Assembly (NCBI GenBank): GCA_963716255.1
Contig: OY970303.1
Coordinates: 3,648,001 to 3,712,000 of the forward strand
Source of the DNA: an uncultured Gemmatimonadales bacterium
GTDB lineage: Bacteria; Gemmatimonadota; Gemmatimonadetes; Longimicrobiales; Longimicrobiaceae
Reading direction: 5' to 3'
DNA length: 64,000 nucleotides
Positions 1 to 9,300 of this stretch are shown here, one piece after another. Each line of letters starts with the position of its first letter. Position 1 is the stretch's first letter. The position numbers and the translations under genes were made by a program. The notes under the pieces were generated by a model. It had not been told where the DNA came from. It saw only the letters and a list, made by a program, of their open reading frames with translations, and ran no database searches.

Positions 1-1985
1 GAAAGACGATAGGCGCCGCCCAGCCCGTCGTCCTCGACGAGGAAGTAGTTGGGGCTGCCGTAGCGCCAGGTGAGGGTGGCGGCGTTGCCGGCGACGGCGG
101 CGGGGCTCCCGGGGTCGCCGCGGAGGGCGCGGCCGCCCGTGCGCAGGACCGCGGGGGCGACCCACCCCATGGCGGGCCCCTGGCCGGCGGTGCTCACGCG
201 GCGGAAGGCGTGGTTCTGGAGGTCGGGGTTGGTGGTGAGGTCGTCCACGGCCTGGCTCAGCGTCCAGCGGAGGAGCGCGTCGGCGGGGTCCCAGGCGGCG
301 TCCAGGGCGGAGCGCATGCGGGCGGTGAGGCCGGCGCGGCGCGCTCCGTGGGCGTCGTAGCCGTACCAGCCGTCCAGCGCGCCACGGGAAACGGCGGCCA
401 GCGCCTCGTCCTCGCCGCGGCCGCCGCGCACCATGCGGACGACCAGGTCCATCTGGAAGCTGGCACCGCTCTCGTAGCCCTGCGTGAACTCGCCGCGGGC
501 GTTGGCGGCCAGCAGCGCGTAGGCGGCGCGGCGCCCGTCGCCCAGCCCGGCGGCCCAGTCCCAGTTCCCCGTCAGCCCGATCCCCTCCACCCGCGCGGCC
601 GCCACCGAGGCGAGCAGCTCGGCGTTCCCCTCGGCGGCCCAGGCGACCGTCGCGCCGGAGCCGGCGACGTCCCCGGGTCGCGTCTCCCAGGAGTACTGCT
701 CCTGCCAGGCGTGCGCCAGCTCGTGCGCGAGCGTCTTCAGCAGCCCGGCGGCGGTGGTCTCGTAGGCGGTGTTGAGGAGGGCGTAGGAGTGCTTGCGCCC
801 GTCCACGGTGTGCGAGACGCTGCTCCCCAGGGTGGCGCCGGTGCCGCGGCGCGCCAGCACCAGGAGCTGGCCCGATCCGGCGCTGGTGGAGGGACGGGTG
901 GCGGTGAGCGCGGCGCGCAGCAGCGGGTACGCGCTCTCCGCCGCCCGCGCGAAGGCGCTGTCCGCCCGCGCCAGCCACGCCGCCGTGCCGCCGGCGGCCT
1001 CCTCCCCCTCGGCCAGGGCGAGCACCAGGTGCCCGCCGTACACCCGCACCACGCGCGCGGTCTCGCTCCCGGCGCCCGCCACGTCGCCCACGGCGAAGCG
1101 CTCGCCCTCGCGCCAGGGCGCCGCGCGGCGCACCAGGCTCGCGGGTGCGCCCGCGTCCGCGGGGGCGGCGCGGTCCGCCGACGGCGCCGCGGGGGAGCGG
1201 AGCGCGGCCGGGGCCGCGGGCGCCGCGCTCCCGGCTTCGGCCACGCTCACCGTGTAGGCGAGCGGCGAGGGGGCGTACCCCTCGAACCCGGCCTCCGCGT
1301 CGCGGAGCTTTCGGGTGTCCAGGAACGCCAGCGCGTACTTCGCCCCGGCGGCGGGGGCGAAGCGCAGGCACGCGTCGTTCCCGGGCGAGAGGCGCACCGC
1401 CTGGCCCACGGCGAGCTTCAGGTCGCCGCGGCGCGGGCGGGCCACCGCGAGCCCCGGCGCCACGTCCGCGCCGTCCGCGTCCACGGCCTGGCGGACGCCG
1501 CCGCCGGCGCAGCCCGCGTCCGCGAGCGGGGCCACGGCAAGGCGCAGCGTGGCGCTGTCGCCGCCCAGGACGCGCGCGGCTTCCCCGCCCACGCGCACCG
1601 TGCCCAGGTCGCGCAGGCGGAAGCCGCGAAGCAGCAGGGTGTCCACCCCGTCCCCGGGCTCCACCGACGCGGCGAGCACCAGCGGGCGCGCGGGGACGAC
1701 GCGGACCGTCAGCAGCGCGCCGCCCGCGCGCAGCGTCGCCGTTCCGGGCGCGGCGGCCCGGATCCGCCCGGCCGCCAGCGCCTCCGGGTCCAGCACGGGG
1801 AGCTCGCCCAGCCAGCGCGACTCGGAGGCGAGGACCGGCGCGCCGCCCGCCACAGCCGCCGTGTCCCCCACGTGGGTGAGCGTCACCGCCGGGTCCGCGG
1901 GGGAGGGGCCGGCTTCGGGCGCGGTGGGGGAGGTGCCGCACGCGGCGGCGGCCAGGAGCGAAGCGAGCAAGGCGTGGCGGCGCAT
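1..1985 (-). CDS. Lipoprotein with HExxH zinc-metalloprotease motif (3' end runs off the window)
   Basis: Absent from the ORF track because there is no stop in the window. Manual translation from ATG at 1985 gives MRRHALLASLLAAAAC (lipobox) ... LAHELAHAWQEQY ... WAAEGNAE. HELAH is encoded at 711-725. Confidence 0.85.
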   Translation of the reverse strand, partial: MRRHALLASLLAAAACGTSPTAPEAGPSPADPAVTLTHVGDTAAVAGGAPVLASESRWLGELPVLDPEALAAGRIRAAAPGTATLRAGGALLTVRVVPARPLVLAASVEPGDGVDTLLLRGFRLRDLGTVRVGGEAARVLGGDSATLRLAVAPLADAGCAGGGVRQAVDADGADVAPGLAVARPRRGDLKLAVGQAVRLSPGNDACLRFAPAAGAKYALAFLDTRKLRDAEAGFEGYAPSPLAYTVSVAEAGSAAPAAPAALRSPAAPSADRAAPADAGAPASLVRRAAPWREGERFAVGDVAGAGSETARVVRVYGGHLVLALAEGEEAAGGTAAWLARADSAFARAAESAYPLLRAALTATRPSTSAGSGQLLVLARRGTGATLGSSVSHTVDGRKHSYALLNTAYETTAAGLLKTLAHELAHAWQEQYSWETRPGDVAGSGATVAWAAEGNAELLASVAAARVEGIGLTGNWDWAAGLGDGRRAAYALLAANARGEFTQGYESGASFQMDLVVRMVRGGRGEDEALAAVSRGALDGWYGYDAHGARRAGLTARMRSALDAAWDPADALLRWTLSQAVDDLTTNPDLQNHAFRRVSTAGQGPAMGWVAPAVLRTGGRALRGDPGSPAAVAGNAATLTWRYGSPNYFLVEDDGLGGAYRL

Positions 1986-2228
1986 GGCGGGGGTCGGTGG
2001 GGGCGCGGGTGCGTGGACGCACGCCCTGGAGGCGAGACCCGGACCAGCGATGCGCGATGGCCTATGTCATTGTGTTGATTGTGTTTGACTGAATGGACAA
2101 GAACGGAGTGACTGGAAGGGAACTGTACACCCGGCGGCCGCGTTTCGGCGCAAATCGTTTCAGGAGTGGAGCTTGGACAAACTGTAGAAATTCAGTACGG
2201 TGACGGTGGTCGGAAAGGTCGGATTTTC

Positions 2229-2244
2229 GTTCCCGTTCGGGAAC
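2229..2244. promoter_or_regulatory. Palindromic operator-like site GTTCCCG-TT-CGGGAAC, copy 1
   Basis: Perfect 7-bp inverted repeat in an AT-richer divergent intergenic region; identical copy at 2563-2578. Confidence 0.55.
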
Positions 2245-2562
2245 AAAATTCAAGATCATGAAGGGACAAAGCTTCATAACAATTTATTCTGCATAGAATT
2301 GTGGTGAGTTTGGTTTGCCGGTGAGCGTACGGGTATTTTCCACCCCGCTGAACGGACGTGGATGCTGCTCCTCCCGGGTTCTCTCCGGGGACTGCTTCCC
2401 GCTGGATCCCTGGACGAGCAGCGATTGAACGACTGGCTCCGGGGTGGCCGAGCACCACCCGCTTTGTCGCCTTGGATGCGGCGGGCTCGGCAGGGAACCG
2501 GCAGGATGCAAGGAGAGTCTTGCGATCTGCATCGAACGGGCTCTCATCATTGACCTTGGAGT

Positions 2563-2578
2563 GTTCCCGTTCGGGAAC
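2563..2578. promoter_or_regulatory. Palindromic operator-like site GTTCCCG-TT-CGGGAAC, copy 2
   Basis: Identical to 2229-2244; about 200 bp upstream of the DUF11 operon. Confidence 0.55.
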
Positions 2579-2782
2579 GATCGTCATCGGGCGTCTGGCT
2601 TAAAGTGTCTGCAAATCCTTTTGTCTGATTGGTTTGCGCATTTATTTGGGATCGAGGCGAGGTGTAAAGGTATTATGCAGCACGCCTCGATGTGAAACGA
2701 AACTTCGCAGCGGTTCCGCCGGCATATCCGGTATCGATGCACGGGTCTTCCCCACCTTCGAATCCAGCTTCCGAATCTCCTG

Positions 2783-4504
2783 ATGACCTCGCCACGACCC
2801 GGGAACCTGCTCCCGGGAACCTCGTCGACCGCGCCTCGCGCGCCCCAGCCCTCCGGATCCGCGGTTTCGCGGATCCGGCGCGGGGCGGTGGCGGCGGTGC
2901 TGTCGGTGCTCGGGGTGGTGGCCGCGGCGGTCCCGGGGAGTGCCCAGCTGTCGCTGACACGCTCGCACGAGGGGACCCTCGACTACGTGGTCACGGGGGC
3001 GACCCTCCGTCAGCAGAGCAACGGCGCCGACCCCTGCGACGTGAACACGAGCGCTGCCGCCACGCTCAGCGGGATCCCGGCCGGCGCGACGATCACGGCC
3101 GCCTACCTGTACTGGGCGGGCTCGGGCGACCTGGACGCCGCCATCCGCTTCAACGGCACCAGCATCACCGCCGACCGCACGGCCACGACGACCTTCGTCA
3201 ACGGCAGCACCACCTTCAACTTCTTCGGCGGGTTCGAGGACGTGACGAGCCGGGTGACGGGGAACGGCACCTACACGATCTCGAACCTGGCGGTGGACGC
3301 CGGCACCCCCTACTGCGGTTCGCAGGCGGTGCTGGGCGGATGGAGCCTCGTCGTGGTCTACGAGTCCGCGAGCCTCCCCGTGAAGCGGGTGCAGGTGCAC
3401 GACGGGTTGCGGGCCTTCCGGTCGGCCACCGAGACGGTGACGCTGAGCGGCTTCCTGGGGGCGACGACGCCGCTGGCCCGGCTCACCTACCTCGCCTGGG
3501 ACGGAGATCCCGACCTGACCGGGGACGAGGAGGTCCGCTTCAACGGGTTCGCCCTCACGGACGGGCTGAACCCGGCGGGCAACGGGATGAACTCCACCGT
3601 CAACTCGCAGGCGCGCACCAACGTGTACGGTCTGGACCTGGACAGCTACGACGTCTCGTCGCGGCTGTCCGCCGGGGCCCGCACCGCCTCGCTGCAGGTG
3701 GAGACGGGGAACGACATGGTGGTGCTGCAGGCCGTGGTGACCGCCGTGGCGGTGGTCCTGGTGGACGTGACGCCCAAGGGGCTCGCCGCTCCCGTGGCAC
3801 GCCTGGCCGGGACCCAGTACAGCCAGGTGTTCGCCGTGGAGAACCCGTCGCTCGCCACCGACAACTTCGACGTGCTGGCCCGCGCGACCGTCGGGGCGGG
3901 GGCGTTCGTCACCGTGGACTCGGTGACGGGGCCGGGGATCACCACCCGCGTGCGGCAGGACAGCTCCCGCGTGCAGGTGGCCTCCGGCGCCACGCGCAGC
4001 TACACGGTGTGGTACACCGTCGCGGCGGGCGCCACCGCGGACAACGTGGTCTACCTCAAGGCGCGCGCGGTCAGCCGCCCCGTGCTGGCCGTGTCGGAGG
4101 GGTGGGCGGAAGTGCGGCGCGTCCGCCCGTCGGTGACCCTGGCCAAGACCGTGACGCCCTCGGCGAGCAGCGGGCCCGGCACCGACCTCACCTACACCCT
4201 CCAGTTCGGCAACGCCGGCAACTTCGCGGCCCGCGGCGTCTCCCTGGTGGACGTGGTCCCCACCCAGGTGGTGTTCAAGCTGGGGAGCATCCAGCAGACG
4301 CTCCCCGCCGGCATCACCGCCACGGTGGCGTACTCGTCGGACGCGGGCGTCACCTGGACGTACGCGCCCGTTTCCGCGGGATGCGGAGCGCCCGCCGGCT
4401 ACGACGCCTGTGTCCGGCGCGTGCGCTGGACGCTGACGGGCGACCTTCCGGCGGACGCCGCGGCGTCCGCCGGCACGCTCCGCCTGGTGGCGCGCATTCG
4501 ATGA
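2783..4504 (+). CDS. Secreted protein: DUF3344-like N-terminal domain, Ig-like domain, truncated C-terminal DUF11 domain (putative tip adhesin)
   Basis: Signal peptide ending PGSA-Q. Motifs IPAGATITAAYLYWAG, DVTSRV..GNGTYTISNL, GGWSLVVVYE. C-terminal VTLAKT..PGTDLTYTLQFGNAG..LVDVVP. True start may be later. Confidence 0.8.
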   Translation: MTSPRPGNLLPGTSSTAPRAPQPSGSAVSRIRRGAVAAVLSVLGVVAAAVPGSAQLSLTRSHEGTLDYVVTGATLRQQSNGADPCDVNTSAAATLSGIPAGATITAAYLYWAGSGDLDAAIRFNGTSITADRTATTTFVNGSTTFNFFGGFEDVTSRVTGNGTYTISNLAVDAGTPYCGSQAVLGGWSLVVVYESASLPVKRVQVHDGLRAFRSATETVTLSGFLGATTPLARLTYLAWDGDPDLTGDEEVRFNGFALTDGLNPAGNGMNSTVNSQARTNVYGLDLDSYDVSSRLSAGARTASLQVETGNDMVVLQAVVTAVAVVLVDVTPKGLAAPVARLAGTQYSQVFAVENPSLATDNFDVLARATVGAGAFVTVDSVTGPGITTRVRQDSSRVQVASGATRSYTVWYTVAAGATADNVVYLKARAVSRPVLAVSEGWAEVRRVRPSVTLAKTVTPSASSGPGTDLTYTLQFGNAGNFAARGVSLVDVVPTQVVFKLGSIQQTLPAGITATVAYSSDAGVTWTYAPVSAGCGAPAGYDACVRRVRWTLTGDLPADAAASAGTLRLVARIR

Positions 4505-4563
4505 AGCCGTTCGCACCCGGGTCCGACCGGACCCGTTTCCTTCCCCGAAGCACCGGAGGACCC

Positions 4564-5088
4564 ATGAAGCCGCTGTTCCGCCTTTTCCTGCTGCTCGCCC
4601 CGCTGCTGCTCGCCCTCCCGGCGCGCGCGCAGGATGCGCAGAAGCCCGCGGCGCTGGTGGTGACCGCCACCAACCGCACGCAGGCCGCCGAGGCGGCCCG
4701 CGGAACCGCCCGCCGGGACGACCACGCCCGTCCCGGCGACGTGCTCCGCTACCGCCTGACCTTCACCAACACGGCCGGGCGTCCGGTGCGCGGGGTGAAC
4801 CTGAGCAATCCGCTTCCCGGGGGCGTCCGCTTCGTCGCGGGCTCCGTCCGGTCGAGCCGGGACGACGCCCGTCCCGAGTACTCGGCCGATGGAGGGCGCA
4901 CCTTCTCGCAGCAGCCGATGGAAGACGTGGTGGTGGAGGGGAGGCGGGTCCGCCGGCCCGTCTCCCCCGAGCGGTACACGCACGTCCGCTGGACCGTGGA
5001 CGGATGGGTGGCTCCCGGAGCCGCCGTCACCGCGGAGTTCGACGCCCGCCTCGCGGGCCCGGCCGGGGCCTCTCCCGGCGCTCGCTGA
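4564..5088 (+). CDS. Small secreted single DUF11 (conserved repeat domain) protein, 174 aa
   Basis: GGAGGA RBS before ATG 4564; signal peptide ending ARA-Q; ARPGDVLRYRLTFTN..SNPLPGGVRFVAGS..YSADGG..YTHVRWT. Confidence 0.85.
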   Translation: MKPLFRLFLLLAPLLLALPARAQDAQKPAALVVTATNRTQAAEAARGTARRDDHARPGDVLRYRLTFTNTAGRPVRGVNLSNPLPGGVRFVAGSVRSSRDDARPEYSADGGRTFSQQPMEDVVVEGRRVRRPVSPERYTHVRWTVDGWVAPGAAVTAEFDARLAGPAGASPGAR

Positions 5089-5128
5089 CCCCCGACCCTG
5101 ATCCTCTCCAGTCACCGGAACCCACGAA

Positions 5129-6343
5129 ATGACAACGATCCTCCGCAGGCTCGCGCTCGCCGGCCTGCTCCTGGCGCCGCTGGCGGCCACGCCGGCCCTG
5201 GCCCAGACACCGACCGCCGAAGGCACCGTCATCACCAACACGGCGACCGCCACCTGGTCGGACGCCAACGGCAACACCTACACGCCGGCCACCGCCAGCG
5301 TGAGCGTCACGGTGGGCTTCACCGCGGGCCTGGACGTGGTGTCGCCGGCGACCGCCACGCCGCTCAGCGCCAGCACGGGCAACGAGCAGCCGTTCACCAT
5401 CACCAGCGGCGGCAACGGCGTCGACTCGGTGACCGTCAGCGCCAGCGCGGGCGCCGGCGCGACCATCACCGGCTACAAGCTGGGCTCCACCTCCTACCCG
5501 ACGCTCGCCGCGCTGAACGCCGCGCTGGCCGGGACGGCGGTCCCCGCCGGCGGCAGCATCACCGTGACGGTGGTCTACAGCGTCGCGGCCGGCCAGTCCG
5601 GGCAGAACATCCCGCTGTCGCTGACCGCGACCTCGCGGCGCAGTACGGGCACCAGCGACACGTCCACCACCACCCTGTCGCCCATCGCGACGGCGGGGAT
5701 CTCGGTGACGCCGGACGCGGGCACGGTGAGCCGCCTGCCCAGCAACGGCACGCAGTACACCGCCGTCTACACGCTCACCAACCCGGGCGGCGTCGGCGGC
5801 ACCTACAACCTGGCGGCCAGCACGGCCAACGGCGCGGTGCTCACCATCGTGTCGGTGAACGGCACGGCCGGCACGAGCGGCTCCATCGCCGTGGGGCCGG
5901 GCGCCACGCAGACGGTGAACGTGGTCTACACCATCGCCAACGCGGCGGTCGGCTCGACGGCGGGGCTCACGCTCACCGCGACCTCCAGCACGGACCCGGC
6001 CGTCACGGACGCGGGGAACTACACGATCACCGTGATCGGCGCCTCGGTCACCATGACCAAGGAAGCGTTCCGCGACAACCAGACGACCGCCATCGGCGGC
6101 TCGGACCGGGTGCTCCCGGGCGAGTACATCCAGTACCGGATCACGGTGACCAACACCGGCGCCTCGGCGGCGAGCAACGTCAGCGTCGGCGACCCGCTCC
6201 CGGCGCAGGTGACCTACCAGTCGGCCTCGGGTGACGCCGCGGGGTGGACGATCGGCGAGTCCTCGGGGACGGTGACGGCGGCGCTGGCCTCGCTCGCCCC
6301 GGCTGCGAGCCGGTACTTCTGGATCCGCGTCCGCGTCAAGTAA
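5129..6343 (+). CDS. Secreted Thr/Gly/Ala-rich DUF11 protein, 404 aa (putative major pilin)
   Basis: Signal peptide ending ALA-Q; N-terminal TAEGTVITNTATATW; two Ig-like repeats; C-terminal TMTK..PGEYIQYRITVTNTG..VGDPLP..WIRVRVK. Confidence 0.88.
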   Translation: MTTILRRLALAGLLLAPLAATPALAQTPTAEGTVITNTATATWSDANGNTYTPATASVSVTVGFTAGLDVVSPATATPLSASTGNEQPFTITSGGNGVDSVTVSASAGAGATITGYKLGSTSYPTLAALNAALAGTAVPAGGSITVTVVYSVAAGQSGQNIPLSLTATSRRSTGTSDTSTTTLSPIATAGISVTPDAGTVSRLPSNGTQYTAVYTLTNPGGVGGTYNLAASTANGAVLTIVSVNGTAGTSGSIAVGPGATQTVNVVYTIANAAVGSTAGLTLTATSSTDPAVTDAGNYTITVIGASVTMTKEAFRDNQTTAIGGSDRVLPGEYIQYRITVTNTGASAASNVSVGDPLPAQVTYQSASGDAAGWTIGESSGTVTAALASLAPAASRYFWIRVRVK

Positions 6344-6353
6344 GGACATCCCG

Positions 6354-9300
6354 ATGCGCTTCCCCTTCGCAAGCACGGGCACGGGCCGCGGCGGCCCCGG
6401 CAGGACGAGTCTCGTCCTGCCGGTGGTCGCGGCGTGCGCGCTGCTCGGCCTGCTCCCGGCGGCCCGCGTGGCCGCCGGGATGGGGGCGCATCGGATCCCG
6501 GCCGCCGCGGACACGGCGGTCGTGGAGAACCGGGCGTACCTGTCGTACTCCATGGGCGGTGGGCAGTGGACGTCGTCCGCGGCCGCGACGGTGACGGTGA
6601 ATCTCCCGGCGGTGCAGGTGACGCCGTCGTACGAGGCGACGATGGAGCCGGGCGGGCGGCGGGTGTTCGCCCACCGGGTGACGAACTCGGGAGCGGCCGC
6701 GGGCCGCTTCCGCCTGGAGGCGGCCGCGCCGGCGGGTTGGCGCGTGTCGCTGTACCTGGACGTGGACGGCGACGGGGAGATCGGGGAGCGCGACACCGCG
6801 GTCCCCGCCGCCCTGCCGCTGGACGCGGGCGCGTCGGCGGCGCTCCTGCTGCTGGTGGAGGTGCCCGTAGACTTCGCCGGCGGCGAGACGCAGGCCGTGG
6901 TGCGGGCCACCAGCGAGGCGGACGCCTCGGTGACCGCGTCCGCGACGGACCGCATCACGGTGGCGCGCGGGCGGACGGCGGTCTCGCTGGACAAGTCGGT
7001 GGACCGGGCGGACGCGCTGCGCGGCGACACGCTCGCCTACACGCTGGTGTTCGCCAACCGCGGGGTGGCGGCGTTCCCGGACGCGCGCCTGCAGGACCCG
7101 CTCCCGGCCGGGGTCCGCTTCGTCCCCGGGAGCCTGCGGCTGAACGGCGCCTCGCTTTCCGACGCGGCCGACGCCGACGCGGGGAGCGTGCGGCGCGACC
7201 CCTCCGGCCGCGAGACGGTGGAGGTGCGGCTGGGGACGCTCGCCCCCGGCGCCAGCGGGACGGTGGCGCTGCGCGTGGTGGTCGCCGCGGACGCCGCGGC
7301 GGGCTCGCTCGCCAACGTCGCCACCCTCGCGCTGGGCGACAACCAGGCCGCCTCCACCCCCGCGGAGACGCGGATCGGGGAGGGTAGGCTGGAGGTGAGC
7401 AAGGAGCGCGTGGGGACCGGCGCCGTGCGCGCCGGCGGCGAGCTGTCGTACCGGGTGGGCTACGCCAACCGCTCCACGGCCGCCGTGCGCGACGTGGTGC
7501 TGGCGGACACCCTCCCCGCCGAGCTGACGCTGATCTCGGCCGAGGGCTCGCCCGAGGTGCAGGGCCAGGTGGTGCGCTGGAAGCTGGGAACGCTGCAGCC
7601 GGGCGCCGCCGGCGCCTTCACGCTGGTGACGCGGGTGGCGGCCTCCGCGGGTGGGCGGACGGTGGTCAACCGCGCCACGGTGCAGGGCACCGGCGCGGCG
7701 GCGGCCATCGCCGCGGCCGCGCCGGTGCCGGTCGCGTCGCTGGACCCGGCCGGGCTGGAGCTGCGCAAGTCGGCGGGGTCGCTGGAGGCCGGGGTGGGGG
7801 AGACGGTCCCCTACACCCTGGTGCTCCGCAACCCCGGCGACACGCCGCTGGAAGATCTCGTCGTGCGCGACCTGATCCCCGAGGGGACGCGGCTGGTGGA
7901 AGGGAGCGTGTGGGGCGCGGACTCGGCGCGGGTCGAGGGGCGCGAGCTGCGCCTGACGCTCGCCGGGGCGCTGGCCCCGGGGGCCGAGCGCACGGTGCGC
8001 TACGCGCTCGCGCTGGTGTCGCCCGGGGACGCCTCGCAGCTGGGGAACCGCGCCTGGGCGGAGGCCGCCGGGGGGCGCGTGCGCAGCGACACGGCGACCG
8101 CGTGGGTGCGGCTGCGCCGCGGCTTCGCCATGCAGGGTCGCACCCTCATCGGCAAGGTGTGGCTGGACGAGGACGGCGACGGGCGGCAGGGCCCGGGCGA
8201 GCGGGGGATTCCCGGCGCCGGCGTGTGGAGCGCCGACGGCGAGGTGGTGACCACCGACCGCGAGGGGCGCTTCTCCTTCCGCGACCTGCGGCCGGGGACG
8301 CACGTCCTGCGGCTGGACACGCTGGGCCTCCCGGCCGGCTACACCGTCGCCCGCCCCGGCGAGGAGCTGATGACGGTGCGCATGGACGGGTGGACCGCGC
8401 CGCGCGCCGCCTTCCGGCTGGTGCGCATGCTCCCCGGCGCCGCGGCCGCGGCCGCGCGCGGGGCAGGCCCCAGCGGCGGCGACGTGGACGCGGGCGCGCC
8501 CGGCGCCGGCGCCCCCGGCGGCGAGGCGAGGAAGCTTCCGCCGCGGGTGGCCCCGCTCCGCACCCAGGAGGAGCGCGCCGCCGCGGACCGCTCCGGCTTC
8601 CTGGAGGGCCCGGGCGTGGCGATCATGGCGCCCACGGACGGCACGGTGATCGGCACCAACCGCCTGTACGTGGGAGTGAAGGGCGAGCCCGGCGCCCCGG
8701 TGCGCCTGTTCGACGGCGACCGGCTGGTGCGCGAGGACGTGCTGCGCCCGGACGGCAGCTACGACTTCATCGGCGTGGAGGTGGCGCCGGGGCCGCACCG
8801 CTTCCGTGTCTGGACCCGCAACTCCTGGCAGCGCGAGCGCTGGGACAGCGTGGCCGTGCACCGCTCGGGCGGCGCCGCCCGCATCGAGCTCCCCGCGAAG
8901 CCCGTGACCCTGCGCGCCGACGTGCGCGCCGCGGAGCGGCTGCGGGTGCGGGTGCTGGACCGCTGGGGCGTGCTGGTGGCCGACACGCCCAACGTCACCG
9001 TGGAAGTGCGCGGCGCCGCGGCGGACGGTCCGGACGTGGATGCCAGCTCGGTGGGGATGCAGCTGCGCACCGGCGCGGACGGCTGGCTGGAACTCGTCCT
9101 CCGCGCCCGCGAGGTGGGGACGGGCGAGCTGCGGCTCGCCTCCGACACGGTGCGCGGGGCCGTCCCCTTCCGGGTGCTCCCCTTCGTCCGGCCGCTGATC
9201 GCCACCGGCGCCGCCCAGGTGGGCGTCGGCGCCGCGCCCGAGGCCTTCGGCGCGGTGACGGTGCAGGGGGCGCTGAACGCCGAGACCTCGGTGAGCGTCA

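Noticed and set aside
210..2078. 622-aa plus-strand ORF
   Set aside because: Antisense shadow of the minus-strand HExxH lipoprotein; low-complexity Arg/Gly/Ala translation
2050..2780. Possible c-di-GMP riboswitch, small ORFs or sigma54 promoter before the DUF11 operon
   Set aside because: No GEMM-type consensus found; the short ORFs lack RBS or codon bias; TGGCTTAAAGTGTCTGC has 12-nt rather than 10-nt spacing
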